From assembly GCA_041665005.1 (NCBI GenBank), contig JBAYJR010000007.1, forward strand, positions 3,061 to 67,060: a stretch of DNA of 64,000 bases, written 5' to 3'. Under the pieces are notes generated by a model, which made no database searches, had not been told where the DNA came from, and worked only from the letters and a program-made list of their open reading frames with translations. Position numbers and translations under genes: made by a program. This stretch comes from Candidatus Buchananbacteria bacterium. Lineage in GTDB: Bacteria > Patescibacteriota > Patescibacteriia > 2-01-FULL-39-33 > JBAYJR01. Each line of letters begins with the position of its first letter. Within the stretch, counting starts at the first letter, position 1. Shown piece by piece: positions 47,658 to 58,053 of this stretch.

Positions 47658-48602
47658 TTAAATAATTTTCCAGCCGAGCTTGGTTTTTTCAAGTTGACCA
47701 TCTAGGGTAAAGCCGGCCGCTTTACGATGCCCACCACCACCTAACATTTTGGCTAGCCGACTGACGTCGACATGTTCTTTGGTGGTACGTAAACTACCTT
47801 TAATTTTACCATTATTTTCTTGTAAAACCAAGACAAAATTGCCGTCCTTTAGGGAATTCAAAAAGTTAGCTAAACCTTCTAAAGAGCCATTGGAATTAGC
47901 TAGTTTAGCGGTTTGACTTTGAGGAACAACAGTAAAGACTAAATTGTAATGATTTTTTTGTAAACTAGCCAGGGCTAAGCCCCAAATTTGTAAAACTGAT
48001 AGTTCTTTGTTTTGATTAACTTGATTAGTAATTAAAGGTAATTTGGCACCCAATAGTAGTAAACGCGAAGCGGCGTTGAAAGTAGTTAATGAGGTATTGC
48101 TAAAAGTTAGACCGCCAGTATCAGTAATAATTCCACATAATAAATTGGAAGCCATGGGGGAGGTAATTAGGGCGCTGATTTCTTGAAAAAAATGAAAGAC
48201 CACCTCAGCGGTGGAGGAGGCTCGGGCCTCAATTAAATTTAAAGCGGCAAAGCGATTGTTAGTCTGGTGATGGTCAAGGCTAATGGTGTTTGCCAAAATA
48301 TTCGAGGTTAAAGTTAGGCCCGTATAGTTTAAAGAAGCACAGTCCATAAAAACAAAGGTTATCTCGGCTAGTTCCTTGGGTAGTTGGTTAATAACAAATT
48401 GTCGGCCAGGTAAAAAATTTAAAAATTCTGGGATTGGGTCTAGGCAGAAAACGTGGCTAGTGATTCCTTGATTTTTTAACCACCACCACAAGGCCAAGGC
48501 CGAGCCCAAAGTGTCAGCATCGGGGTTACGATGACAAACCAAAACTATCTGCTGGGCAGCCAGCAAGACTTGACGGAGACGGTTGGCGGTTAGTTTGTTC
48601 AT
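47658..48602 (-). CDS. DHH-family phosphoesterase (NrnA-like oligoribonuclease/pAp phosphatase)
   Basis: HRNPDADTLGS and DHH motifs. Confidence 0.75.
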   Translation of the reverse strand: MNKLTANRLRQVLLAAQQIVLVCHRNPDADTLGSALALWWWLKNQGITSHVFCLDPIPEFLNFLPGRQFVINQLPKELAEITFVFMDCASLNYTGLTLTSNILANTISLDHHQTNNRFAALNLIEARASSTAEVVFHFFQEISALITSPMASNLLCGIITDTGGLTFSNTSLTTFNAASRLLLLGAKLPLITNQVNQNKELSVLQIWGLALASLQKNHYNLVFTVVPQSQTAKLANSNGSLEGLANFLNSLKDGNFVLVLQENNGKIKGSLRTTKEHVDVSRLAKMLGGGGHRKAAGFTLDGQLEKTKLGWKII

Positions 48603-48718
48603 AAGCGTAGCTAAAATCCAGGTATCTTAAGTGATTATTGACATCTTGTCAAATAAACTATTTTATGCTATAATTAAAAAGAATAAAATAATTTTAATTA
48701 TTAATTAAATCAAATAGT

Positions 48719-48922
48719 ATGGGTTTACCAGGTCATCGTCGAACTAGTTCTCACAAACGCAGAAGAGCCGCGCATTTTGCTCTAAAAACCAATAAGTTAG
48801 TTAAGTGTTCCAAATGTCAGAAAGGCATTTTGGCACATCACGTTTGCCCTTATTGTGGTTATTATTTGGGCAAAGAAGTGATAAAAATTAAAGTTAAAAA
48901 AAGCAAAGCTCCTAAAAAATAA
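48719..48922 (+). CDS. rpmF: 50S ribosomal protein L32
   Basis: [16 protein letters not shown] plus a CxxC...CxxC zinc ribbon. Confidence 0.65.
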   Translation: MGLPGHRRTSSHKRRRAAHFALKTNKLVKCSKCQKGILAHHVCPYCGYYLGKEVIKIKVKKSKAPKK

Positions 48923-48933
48923 ATTTTGTAACC

Positions 48934-49392
48934 ATGGCCAATCGTCACTTAGCCAGAACTTTAGCCGTCCAGACTCTTTATCAGTGGGACTTTAATAATT
49001 GTGCTAATGACCGGATGTCAGAATTCATTAAAGAAAACTTAAAAGAGTTTGCTCCAGATTTTGACGACCACGGTTTTACCGAAAATTTATTGCAAGGCAT
49101 TATTAAAAATCAGGGCGAAATTGATGATTTAATTCGCAAATTTGCTCCGGAATGGCCGTTGGAACAAATCACCTTAATTGACCGAAACATTTTACGTTTG
49201 GGAGTTTTTGAATTGCGTTTTACTGAAGATATTCCGGCTAAAGTAGCAATTAATGAAGCAATTGAATTAGCTAAAACCTTTGGTGGCGAATCCTCAGGAC
49301 GTTTTGTTAATGGTGTTTTGGGGGCAATTTATAAAGAGATGGGAGTGAAAGCGATTGATATTGTCGAGCCAAAGGAGGAGAAGAAGTCTTAA
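48934..49392 (+). CDS. nusB: transcription antitermination factor NusB
   Basis: [17 protein letters not shown]. Confidence 0.8.
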   Translation: MANRHLARTLAVQTLYQWDFNNCANDRMSEFIKENLKEFAPDFDDHGFTENLLQGIIKNQGEIDDLIRKFAPEWPLEQITLIDRNILRLGVFELRFTEDIPAKVAINEAIELAKTFGGESSGRFVNGVLGAIYKEMGVKAIDIVEPKEEKKS

Positions 49393-49452
49393 AAAATTTA
49401 TTATTAAAAATCCCTTAATCCATAGCTCAAAATTGTTACTCGGTTTTGGCTT

Positions 49453-50166
49453 ATGGACTGTGGGCTTAAAATCTTTATGCATGATTTAGCCAAGTTAGAA
49501 AAAATACTCAAAGTTAAATTTAACAATGCCAAGTTATTAACCCAGGCCTTGGTGCATCGTTCTTATATCAATGAACATCCCGATTTTCCTTTGGAGCATA
49601 ATGAACGGTTAGAGTTTTTGGGTGACGCTGTTTTGGAATTAGCCGTGACGGAATATTTATATAATAAATACCCTAATCCGGAGGGAGAATTAACTAACTG
49701 GCGCGCGAGCCTGGTTAATGCTAACACCTTGGCAGACATTGCTAAAAATTTGGAGTTGGAACAATTTTTATATTTAAGCAAAGGAGAACTACAAGATAGC
49801 AATAGTAAGGCTCGGCGCTATATTTTGGCCAATGCTTTGGAGGCGGTAATGGGGGCGATTTATTTAGATAAAGGGTATAAAGTGGCCAGTAGTTTTGTTA
49901 AGCGTTTTATTTTGGTAGAATTGCCGGGAATTTTAGAAAAGAAACTATATTTAGATCCCAAAAGTCATTTTCAAGAATTAGCCCAAGAAAAAATTGGGGT
50001 TACGCCAACTTACAAAGTGTTAACTGAAAGTGGCCCGGATCATGCTAAAACTTTTAAGGTCGGAGTTTTCTTAGGCTCGGAGCTGACCGCTTCCGGTTTG
50101 GGTTCTTCTAAGCAGGAAGCCCAAACTGAAGCCGCTAAAAAAGGCTTAGAGGCCAAGTCTTGGTAA
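49453..50166 (+). CDS. rnc: ribonuclease III
   Basis: ERLEFLGDAVLELAV signature and a C-terminal dsRBD. The start may be at 49477. Confidence 0.85.
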   Translation: MDCGLKIFMHDLAKLEKILKVKFNNAKLLTQALVHRSYINEHPDFPLEHNERLEFLGDAVLELAVTEYLYNKYPNPEGELTNWRASLVNANTLADIAKNLELEQFLYLSKGELQDSNSKARRYILANALEAVMGAIYLDKGYKVASSFVKRFILVELPGILEKKLYLDPKSHFQELAQEKIGVTPTYKVLTESGPDHAKTFKVGVFLGSELTASGLGSSKQEAQTEAAKKGLEAKSW

Positions 50167-50225
50167 TTTTTTTATAAATTTAAAGACCAGTTATTGTTTT
50201 AAGTAATTGGTTAAAAAACAAAAAT

Positions 50226-51266
50226 ATGCTTAATCTTGATTCTTTATTCAAAACTGCGGTAGCGGAAGGAGCTTCCGATGTGCATCTAATTGTTGGTTTA
50301 TCACCTTATTTGCGGGTTGATGGAGTTCTAAAGCCTTTAACCAAGATAGAAGCTTTAACCGCTAAAGAAGTAGAAAATTCAGTGTTTGGTTTATTAGATC
50401 AAAAACAAATTGAACGTTTTAAAGAGGATCGGGAATTAGATTTATCTTATGAAATTAATGGTGGGAATAGGTTTCGGATTAATTTGCATTATGAGAAAGG
50501 TTGTGTTGGCCTATCAGCTAGATTAATACCAGTTAAAATTCCAACTTTAGAAGAGTTGGTGATGCCCGAAGCAACCTTGGGATTAATAGACCAACGACCG
50601 GGTCTAGTTTTGCTCACTGGTCCGACTGGTTCTGGTAAATCCACTACTTTAGCTTCCATGTTGGAGCACATTAATCAAACTCGTGCGGAAAACATTTTTA
50701 CCTTAGAAGATCCAATTGAATTTGTGTTTAAGCCGGCCAAGAGCATCGTCCGTCAGCGGCAATTGTTAAATGATATGTTAACTTTTGAGGCGGGTTTAGT
50801 CCATGTCTTACGTCAGGACCCGAATGTAATTATGGTGGGTGAAATGCGTAATTTAGAAACTATTGCCACTACTATTACTTTGGCTGAAACTGGTCATTTG
50901 GTTTTAGCAACTTTACATACTTATAATTCCGCTCAGACCATTGATCGTATTATTGATAGTTTTCCGCCACACCAACAAAATCAAATTCGTTTACAACTGT
51001 CTTTAACACTTAAAGGGGTTATCTCTCAAAGGTTACTGCCAAAAGTTGATGGTGGGCGTATTGCGACCCGTGAAGTGCTTTTGAATAATCCGGCGGTGGC
51101 AAATTTAATCAGAGAAAACAAAGTGCCACAGATTAAAAATGTAATTCAAACCGCTGGTGCCGAAGGGATGTTTGCGATGGATCAGGATATTCAAAGTTTG
51201 TATAAGAAAAAAATTATTAGCAAAGAAGTGGCGCTGGCCAATTTGACCACGACTAGAAAGATTTAA
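50226..51266 (+). CDS. pilT: type IV pilus retraction ATPase PilT
   Basis: GLVLLTGPTGSGKSTTLASM and an N-terminal ASDVHL motif. Confidence 0.8.
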   Translation: MLNLDSLFKTAVAEGASDVHLIVGLSPYLRVDGVLKPLTKIEALTAKEVENSVFGLLDQKQIERFKEDRELDLSYEINGGNRFRINLHYEKGCVGLSARLIPVKIPTLEELVMPEATLGLIDQRPGLVLLTGPTGSGKSTTLASMLEHINQTRAENIFTLEDPIEFVFKPAKSIVRQRQLLNDMLTFEAGLVHVLRQDPNVIMVGEMRNLETIATTITLAETGHLVLATLHTYNSAQTIDRIIDSFPPHQQNQIRLQLSLTLKGVISQRLLPKVDGGRIATREVLLNNPAVANLIRENKVPQIKNVIQTAGAEGMFAMDQDIQSLYKKKIISKEVALANLTTTRKI

Positions 51267-51286
51267 AATTAGTTAGGATGTTAAAT

Positions 51287-51318
51287 AAAAATCCGTCTTC
51301 GGTAGGGGCGGATTTTTT
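51287..51318 (+). terminator. intrinsic terminator after pilT
   Basis: Stem aaaatccgtc/ggcggatttt (one mismatch) followed by T6. Confidence 0.45.
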
Positions 51319-51366
51319 AGTTATGTTAGCGGCGGTCTTAAATTAAAAATAAAAAACGCCAAAGTT

Positions 51367-51627
51367 TTAGTTTTGGCGTTCTGATTGTTTTTGGCCCCAG
51401 CGCGGTAGTGGATCAAAAAATTTTGTTTTGGAAAAATGCTTTCCTATAAATTCAAAGATAATTAGTATACCCAAAACATCAAGAGGTTCGGGACGCGGCA
51501 ACTGTGACAGATACGACTTGAAGTCAAAAATCATAAAATATAACAGTCCTAGGGTGTAGAGGGTAGCAATAACAACCCCCATTATTCTAAAAGACCAAGC
51601 GATCAGACATCGTATTTTCCAAGGCAT
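51367..51627 (-). CDS. small membrane protein (86 aa)
   Basis: A strong AAGGAGGTG RBS. The terminator hairpin aacgccaaa/tttggcgtt overlaps the stop. Confidence 0.55.
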   Translation of the reverse strand: MPWKIRCLIAWSFRIMGVVIATLYTLGLLYFMIFDFKSYLSQLPRPEPLDVLGILIIFEFIGKHFSKTKFFDPLPRWGQKQSERQN

Positions 51628-51659
51628 TTTTATACACCTCCTTTATAAATTTTAAACTG

Positions 51660-51732
51660 TGGGACGTGCAGGATTTGAACCTGCGACCGTTCGCTTAAGA
51701 GGCGACTGCTCTACCAACTGAGCTAACGTCCC
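51660..51732 (-). tRNA. tRNA-Lys (anticodon CTT), no CCA
   Basis: Hand-folded. Anticodon loop ctCTTaa; D-arm gctcagttggtagagc. Confidence 0.75.
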
Positions 51733-51932
51733 GTAGTAATTAAAAATTTAAAAATCAAAATGCAAAATTAATTATTGAGGATTTAATCAGCTGTTTACCT
51801 CAACTCTCGGAGATAATTGACGCGAGGCGGTAGTAAATATCCTCGAATAGAATTTGATTATTAATTTATAATTAGCAACATAATAATAACGGAAAAACCT
51901 AAATAAATCAAGTATAGAAACGAGGGTATAAA

Positions 51933-52343
51933 TTATCTATTATGATGAACTTGATTGTTGTTAATAATACCAACCGCCCGGGAAAGTTTTAGGTATTTTA
52001 TTTTTAATTCCCGATATTTATCCGAGGTAATATTTGTTTTTTGTTTTAACTCAGTTAGTTTAACGACGAGGGGAATTAAGGCCTGTTTGGCTGATTCTCG
52101 GATTAAATTATTTGGTGCTTCTTTGGACGTAAGTTCGGTAATTGAAAGTAGTTCTGTAAGTGGGTGAGTAGACTCAAATTCTAACAGAGCTAATTCTAGC
52201 TCGGCAATTTCTGGTCCGCATTCTCGAAGGTTTTCCGGCGGGATTATTGTCTCCGGATGCTCTTTTGTCCACTGTTCAGGCTGTCCGTTTTTTGTTTGAA
52301 GTTTAAGCTCCTCAAGGTTTGGCTTTTCAGAAGTTCCATCCAT
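51933..52343 (-). CDS. hypothetical protein (136 aa, acidic)
   Basis: An ORF flanked by two tRNA genes. Confidence 0.4.
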   Translation of the reverse strand: MDGTSEKPNLEELKLQTKNGQPEQWTKEHPETIIPPENLRECGPEIAELELALLEFESTHPLTELLSITELTSKEAPNNLIRESAKQALIPLVVKLTELKQKTNITSDKYRELKIKYLKLSRAVGIINNNQVHHNR

Positions 52344-52384
52344 AAAGTTATTGGTTGGTAGTTAAAAATTTAAAAGCTTAGTGG

Positions 52385-52459
52385 TGGTGCGCCCGGCGGG
52401 AGTCGAACCCACGTCATTGGTTCCGAAGACCAGCGTTCTATCCGTTGAACTACGGGCGC
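52385..52459 (-). tRNA. tRNA-Arg (anticodon TCG), CCA encoded
   Basis: Hand-folded. Acceptor gcgcccg/cgggcgc; anticodon loop ctTCGga. Confidence 0.65.
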
Positions 52460-52502
52460 CTAATCCTTTTCAATATAGCGGATAAAGCGCCTTAAGTCAA
52501 CC

Positions 52503-52529
52503 AAAAACCCCGAATTAATCGGGGTTTTT
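52503..52529. terminator. bidirectional terminator (ccccga/tcgggg)
   Basis: A 6-bp stem flanked by A5 and T5, downstream of hup. Confidence 0.5.
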
Positions 52530-52544
52530 GTAAAAAAACAGAGT

Positions 52545-52823
52545 TTAGGATTTTAAGGCATCTTTTAAAACTTTGCCGGCTTTAAATTTAGGCACGACGA
52601 CATCAGGGATTTGGATTTTTTCACTAGGGTTTCTAGGATTAACGCCAACTCGGCCAGCGCGTTTGCGAGCCGAAAAAGCACCAAAACCAGTAATCGTGAC
52701 CTCCTCACCACCTTTAATTTTTTCGGTGATAGTTTGGGTAATGGTTTCAATAGCTTGCTCAGCTTGGGCTTTAGTAATACCAACTTTTTCCGCCAGAGTT
52801 TCAATTAATTGCGCTTTGTTCAT
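52545..52823 (-). CDS. hup: DNA-binding protein HU
   Basis: MNKAQLIE...GFGAF...R.GRNP motifs. Confidence 0.9.
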   Translation of the reverse strand: MNKAQLIETLAEKVGITKAQAEQAIETITQTITEKIKGGEEVTITGFGAFSARKRAGRVGVNPRNPSEKIQIPDVVVPKFKAGKVLKDALKS

Positions 52824-52858
52824 AAAAATAAAAAATTATTTTTTAAGCTGTAGTTATT

Positions 52859-53677
52859 TTAGCTGATTTTAGTTAAAAAGTCTAGTCGTTTTATTTTTTT
52901 AACCTTAGCTTTAGCTGGATCTATTTCTAATAGAATGGAATTAAAGAGGGCGGTTCCTTGAGTTGGTTGTTCGTGCATTTCTTTAATTGGTAAACCAGGT
53001 TCTTCAGACAGAAAGCTGTTAATAACAGATTGTTGGTTGGCTCCCAAAACTGAAGCTTGAGGCCCGACCATGCCGACATCACTAACATAGGCCGTGCCTT
53101 GGGGCAAAAGCTGTTGGTCGGCGGTAGGAATATGAGTATGGGTACCCAAGACGGCGGAGACTCGACCATCAGCAAAAAAACCAAAGGCGACTTTTTCCGA
53201 AGTTGCTTCAGCATGAAAATCAACCAGACTAGCCACTAGATCATTTTTAGCAGTTCGTGATAAAATTTCATCCAGCATTCTAAAAGGATTACGGCAATTA
53301 TCAGCGCCTTTTACAAAAACTCGTCCGAGCAAGTTAATAATCAAAATCGAACCTTTTTTGGTTTTAATAATTTGATAACCTAACCCAGGGTCAGTTGTGG
53401 CAAAATTGGCTGGCCGGATTAAATTAGTTTTTTTTTCAAGCAAATCCTTGGCCACCTCTTTGGACCAGATGTGATTGCCGGAAGTAAAAAAATCTACTCC
53501 GGCTTTTTCCATTTCTAATAAGGTGCTGGCGGTCAGGCCAGTGCCGTGAGCTAAATTTTCAGCGTTAGCAATAACTAAGTCTAAATGATTATCGGTTTTA
53601 AGTTTTGGCAAAAGTTTAGTAACCGCTAAGCGGCCCATTTTACCAACAATGTCACCGATAAAAAGAATTTTAAGCAT
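52859..53677 (-). CDS. ymdB: YmdB-like 2',3'-cyclic-nucleotide phosphodiesterase (metallophosphoesterase TIGR00282)
   Basis: MLKILFIGDIVG...GNH. Confidence 0.75.
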   Translation of the reverse strand: MLKILFIGDIVGKMGRLAVTKLLPKLKTDNHLDLVIANAENLAHGTGLTASTLLEMEKAGVDFFTSGNHIWSKEVAKDLLEKKTNLIRPANFATTDPGLGYQIIKTKKGSILIINLLGRVFVKGADNCRNPFRMLDEILSRTAKNDLVASLVDFHAEATSEKVAFGFFADGRVSAVLGTHTHIPTADQQLLPQGTAYVSDVGMVGPQASVLGANQQSVINSFLSEEPGLPIKEMHEQPTQGTALFNSILLEIDPAKAKVKKIKRLDFLTKIS

Positions 53678-53682
53678 AAAGA

Positions 53683-55221
53683 TTAACGAGCGTATTCCAC
53701 GATGCGAGTTTCGCGAATGACATTAACTTTAATTTCACCAGGATATTTTAATTCTTGTTCAATTTTTTGGGCTACGTCGCGGGCCAATTTAATTGCACCT
53801 AAATCGTCAATTTCTTCAGGTTTAACAAAGACTCGGATTTCACGGCCAGCTTGAATGGCATAGGCTTTTTCTACGCCCGTAAAAGCCAAGGCGACTTTTT
53901 CTAAATCTTCTAAGCGGTTTAAATAATTTTCGTAAGAATCTTTGCGAGCGCCCGGACGAGAACCAGAAATAGCATCAGCTACCTTAACAATAATACTTTC
54001 TAATGATTTGGGTTGGTCTTCGTGATGGGCTAAGGCAATGTAAGCGATGTCTTCGGGTAAACCAAACTTCTTTAGGATATTATAACCAATTGAAGGGTGA
54101 GTGCCCTGAACTTCCTGATCCACGGCCTTACCAATATCATGTAAAAGTCCACCTTTTTTAGCCAAGCTAACATCGGCACCTAATTCTTCGGCTAATAAAG
54201 CGGAGAGGTGAGCAACTTCAATAGAATGTTGTAAAATATTTTGGCCATAGCTGGTGCGATATTTTAGTCGTCCAACGATTTGAACTAATTTTGGGTCTAG
54301 GCCAGTAATACCCAGACCATACAAAGCATCTTCACCAGCTTTTTTCATTTCTTGGGCTAGTTCAGTTTTAACTTGCTCAATTGTTTCTTCAATGCGAGCG
54401 GGATGAATACGACCATCGCTAATTAATTTTTCTAAGACACGTTTGGCTAAGTGCCGTCTAATCGGAGAAAAGCCGGAAATGGTAATTGCTTCCGGAGTGT
54501 CATCAATTACAATTTCTACCCCGGTTAATTGTTCAATAGTTTTAATGTTACGACCTTCGCGACCGATAATTCGACCCTTCATTTCATCTGAAGGCAGGCT
54601 AACCATAGTGGTAGTAATTTCAGTAGCCTGAGGAACCGCACAACGTTGAATAGCTAAAGTTAATAAATCGCGAGCTTCATTTTCAATCTCTTCGGCGGCT
54701 TGAGTTTGTAATTTTTGAATGCGTTGGACTAATTCACCTTTCATTTGTCTTTCGGTGTTGTCAATGATTATTTTTTGGGCCTCTTCTTTGGTTAAGCTGG
54801 CAATTTTTTCTAATTTAGCAATTTGTTCTTCTTTAATTTTTTGCAATTCTAATCGCATGCCTTCCAATTTTTGTTCTCGATCTAGGAGCTGTTGTTTTTT
54901 GTTTTCTAAATCCAACAATTTTTGGTCAAACAAAGATTCGCGCTGTTCTAGTCTTTTTTGGGCGCGGTGTAATTCCTGAGAGCGCTCTTTTTCTTCTTGC
55001 TTAGCTTCTTCAATTATTTTTAGGGCGCGTTCTTGAGCCTCTAATAAAATAATTTTTTGTTTGGTTTTGGACTCTTCCAGTAAATGTTGAATTTTGGTTT
55101 CAATGGTGTCGCGTTGGCGTTTAGCATAGCTTTTGCGTCCATAAAAACCCAAGACCATGCCGCCAAAAATAGCGACAAGAGTAATAGTAATCCAAATTGG
55201 GTTAATCATAAAATTTTCCAC
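53683..55221 (-). CDS. rny: ribonuclease Y
   Basis: N-terminal TM segment, coiled coil, KH domain and the HD motif LLHDIGK. Confidence 0.9.
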   Translation of the reverse strand: MENFMINPIWITITLVAIFGGMVLGFYGRKSYAKRQRDTIETKIQHLLEESKTKQKIILLEAQERALKIIEEAKQEEKERSQELHRAQKRLEQRESLFDQKLLDLENKKQQLLDREQKLEGMRLELQKIKEEQIAKLEKIASLTKEEAQKIIIDNTERQMKGELVQRIQKLQTQAAEEIENEARDLLTLAIQRCAVPQATEITTTMVSLPSDEMKGRIIGREGRNIKTIEQLTGVEIVIDDTPEAITISGFSPIRRHLAKRVLEKLISDGRIHPARIEETIEQVKTELAQEMKKAGEDALYGLGITGLDPKLVQIVGRLKYRTSYGQNILQHSIEVAHLSALLAEELGADVSLAKKGGLLHDIGKAVDQEVQGTHPSIGYNILKKFGLPEDIAYIALAHHEDQPKSLESIIVKVADAISGSRPGARKDSYENYLNRLEDLEKVALAFTGVEKAYAIQAGREIRVFVKPEEIDDLGAIKLARDVAQKIEQELKYPGEIKVNVIRETRIVEYAR

Positions 55222-55476
55222 AGTGGTCGGTGGGTGGTTATAAATTTGAGTTCAAAACGACAGCAAAAACCCCAACTTTTAGTTGGTGAGAGAATTATTT
55301 ACGATAAACAAAGTATAGTTGCAGGTCACATTTTTTCTATCAGTAAGTTGTTGTCTGTTTTTATTAAAATTGGAAAAAATTCTCTATAGCTATCAAAATT
55401 TATTCAACCACTCAGACAAACCAGTTATTAATTAAGACTGTAAAGAGTATAGCATAAAATATCAATTTTGGCAAGA

Positions 55477-58017
55477 TTAGCTTAAATTTTTGGATTTTTT
55501 GCGGTTATAGAGCCAAAGAGCCAGAGCGAGCAATAAAAACAGTCCCAAGCCCAGGTATTTTAGCCAGTCGGGAGTAGCTTTTTTGATTTCAGTGGTAGCG
55601 GTTGCTCCTAAAACTTTTTCTATTACTAAATCATTGTTGGTACGAGGTAATAGTCTTAATCCGGTAGCGGTTTTACTTAAAATACCAGTAACTCTAATTT
55701 GATCGCCTTCCTTAATAGCTAGATCAAGATTAGCAGAGGGCTTGAGATAAACTTTCAATTCTTGGCCATCATTGGCTAATTGAAAATAGGTTTTGGTGTT
55801 TTCGATAACTTGGCCGGTTAGGGTTAATAGACTGCCGACATCTTCATCGTCTAGTTCGGAAAGATTTTTTTCTTCGGGTGTTAGGGGGTTATTGTGGGAT
55901 AAAATCCTGATGTCTGCCTGAGTTTTTATTTTAATTCTTTTTTCACCGCCGCTTTCGGCTAGTTGACCGGTAACAAAAACCTTGTCTCCTAAAATGAGCT
56001 CTGGAAAATCTTTTTTGTAGCAATAAATTTGAATTCCCGGTGAGCCAGTCAAATAAAAGATTTGTTGGCCTAAAACACCCGGTAAAACCGAAACTACGCC
56101 GGTTAGGCTAACATTTTGTCCCACCGACAAGGCCTTAACTTCTTCCAGAGTGGTGTTAATTAGAGCGGAACTTTTTTGTTTAGCGCTAGCGGAAGGATTG
56201 GTTGAATTAGTGGTGGTCTCTCCGGAGGTTGTCGATTCTTCCTCAGTTATCAAAGTATTCTTTTTAATAGCAAGATAAAAATTCTTGGAAGTAGTTAAAT
56301 TCTGGTTATTAGTAATTTTTAATTTAATAGTATATCTCTTGGCTTGGTAAAAAATATGAAGCGGTGAACTAGAAGTGCTGGTTTGACCGTCGCCAAAATC
56401 CCACCAAAAATTTAAGGGACCGCCGGTAGGATTGGTGGAGTCAGAGGCGTCGAAAGTCACTGTTTCGCCAAGCAAGGGTTGTTTGTTGGATAGCCAATAG
56501 GTAAGTTGGGGAGTTTGAACTGGGAGTAAAATTATATTTTCTTGGTCCGGAGTAAGTTGTTTGGTTAATTCCCAGTCGCCAAATTGATCACGGCTCCAGG
56601 AAATATTTTCCAAAGCTTCTTTATAGTTAAAACTGTCAATTAAATGATTTTTAACATCATAGAGTTTAATAGTATCTCCGTTATTATCCAAGGCCAACTG
56701 AGAAAGACTGCGATAAATAGTTAAAAATTTTCCGGCTGCCAAAGTAGTAGTGCTAAGGGTAGAGGTGCTAAGGATAAATAAGTTTTTGGCGGTATTTTGT
56801 AAGCGCCAACCAGCCAAATCAATAGGGTTTTGTCCGTTATTTTTTAACTCAATAAATTCAGTTTGGCTGTCGTCACCCAAGGGGTTGGCTAAAAGCTCGT
56901 TAAGAACTAGTGATCCTTTGGTAATTTCTTCGGTACCGGTTGGTTTGGTGGTGGCTAGAGTAAATTGATTTGGTTGTCCTGGGGTAGGAGTAGTGGTAAT
57001 TATAAAATCTAAATTATCGTTGGTCAGGTTAGTAAAACTTTTTCTAGCCGCACTTTGACCATCGCGCGGAGCAGAGGCATTGTTAGAATTTTTATTATTC
57101 CAGTCGCCATAAACTACTTGGTTAATTGTTTCTCCAGTGGGACTTTTGAGTAAGATTAAATCACCGGAGTTGTTAAGATTGCCAGAAATTTTATTAATCA
57201 GTAAATAGCTTTGGGAACTTAGATTGCCGGTTAGTTTGGTTTGGCCTTTAGAGCCATCTTCAATTAGCCAGCCAGTTAAGTCAATACTTTGGCCGGTAGT
57301 ATTATAAAGTTCTAGCCATTCTTCTTGGCCATCTAGGGGGTCGGCCAAAAATTCGTTGATAATTATGTTATTAGGAGAATAAGTTTGAGTATAACTACCG
57401 CCACTGCCACCAGTGGCCGGTGTTGGAACAACAACTACGGGGGTGGTGGTAGGGTTTTCGCTTGGAGGAATAATAACTAGGCCGGTTGAATTAGCGGCCT
57501 TAGGAGTACCGCCAGGATTAGCGGAGGTCTGCCAAGTTTCATCAGCTTTACGTTCTAAGGTGGCCTTGGTTTCATTGTCTCCGGCTGGCCAGCCGGCAGT
57601 AGCATCAATTGAATCAATTAGATTACTAGTAGCATCGAATAATTCTAATTTGTCACCACCGTTGCTTAGGGCACCAGTATAAATTTGATCAGCGGTTAAC
57701 TCGGGAACTGAATTGTCGTCGGTGCGTTCTAATAAAAAATACCCTTGAGCCACAACTTTGTTGCTAAGAGTTAAATTAAGGGAGCCAGAAGTGGTTTTTA
57801 GCGACCAACCACTTAAGTCTATTTCTTGATCGGTGGGATTATATAATTCCAACCACTCGTCATTAGCCGAAGTAAACGTGCCCATCCAGGCCACCTCGTT
57901 AATAATTAGGTGAGCCTGGGTTTGACCCTGGCTAAGGGTTGGGCGTAATAATCCAGAGCCCAAAAAAACCACGATAAAAATTATCCTGGCAAAATAAAAA
58001 CCGCCTCCTATTTTCAT
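55477..58017 (-). CDS. cell-surface protein with three lamin-tail domains (LTD), a PKD-like domain and a C-terminal TM anchor
   Basis: Repeated INE(V/L)...(D/E)EW(L/I)EL(Y/K)N motifs, FDASDS...WDFGDG (PKD) and a C-terminal hydrophobic anchor followed by RKKSK. Confidence 0.65.
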   Translation of the reverse strand: MKIGGGFYFARIIFIVVFLGSGLLRPTLSQGQTQAHLIINEVAWMGTFTSANDEWLELYNPTDQEIDLSGWSLKTTSGSLNLTLSNKVVAQGYFLLERTDDNSVPELTADQIYTGALSNGGDKLELFDATSNLIDSIDATAGWPAGDNETKATLERKADETWQTSANPGGTPKAANSTGLVIIPPSENPTTTPVVVVPTPATGGSGGSYTQTYSPNNIIINEFLADPLDGQEEWLELYNTTGQSIDLTGWLIEDGSKGQTKLTGNLSSQSYLLINKISGNLNNSGDLILLKSPTGETINQVVYGDWNNKNSNNASAPRDGQSAARKSFTNLTNDNLDFIITTTPTPGQPNQFTLATTKPTGTEEITKGSLVLNELLANPLGDDSQTEFIELKNNGQNPIDLAGWRLQNTAKNLFILSTSTLSTTTLAAGKFLTIYRSLSQLALDNNGDTIKLYDVKNHLIDSFNYKEALENISWSRDQFGDWELTKQLTPDQENIILLPVQTPQLTYWLSNKQPLLGETVTFDASDSTNPTGGPLNFWWDFGDGQTSTSSSPLHIFYQAKRYTIKLKITNNQNLTTSKNFYLAIKKNTLITEEESTTSGETTTNSTNPSASAKQKSSALINTTLEEVKALSVGQNVSLTGVVSVLPGVLGQQIFYLTGSPGIQIYCYKKDFPELILGDKVFVTGQLAESGGEKRIKIKTQADIRILSHNNPLTPEEKNLSELDDEDVGSLLTLTGQVIENTKTYFQLANDGQELKVYLKPSANLDLAIKEGDQIRVTGILSKTATGLRLLPRTNNDLVIEKVLGATATTEIKKATPDWLKYLGLGLFLLLALALWLYNRKKSKNLS

Positions 58018-58053
58018 GTTTTTACACGTTAATTTTTAATTTTGTTATTTTTT

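Noticed and set aside
52565-52866. Three overlapping ORFs on both strands within the hup locus
   Set aside because: The HU protein frame on the minus strand is unambiguous. The others are shadow frames.
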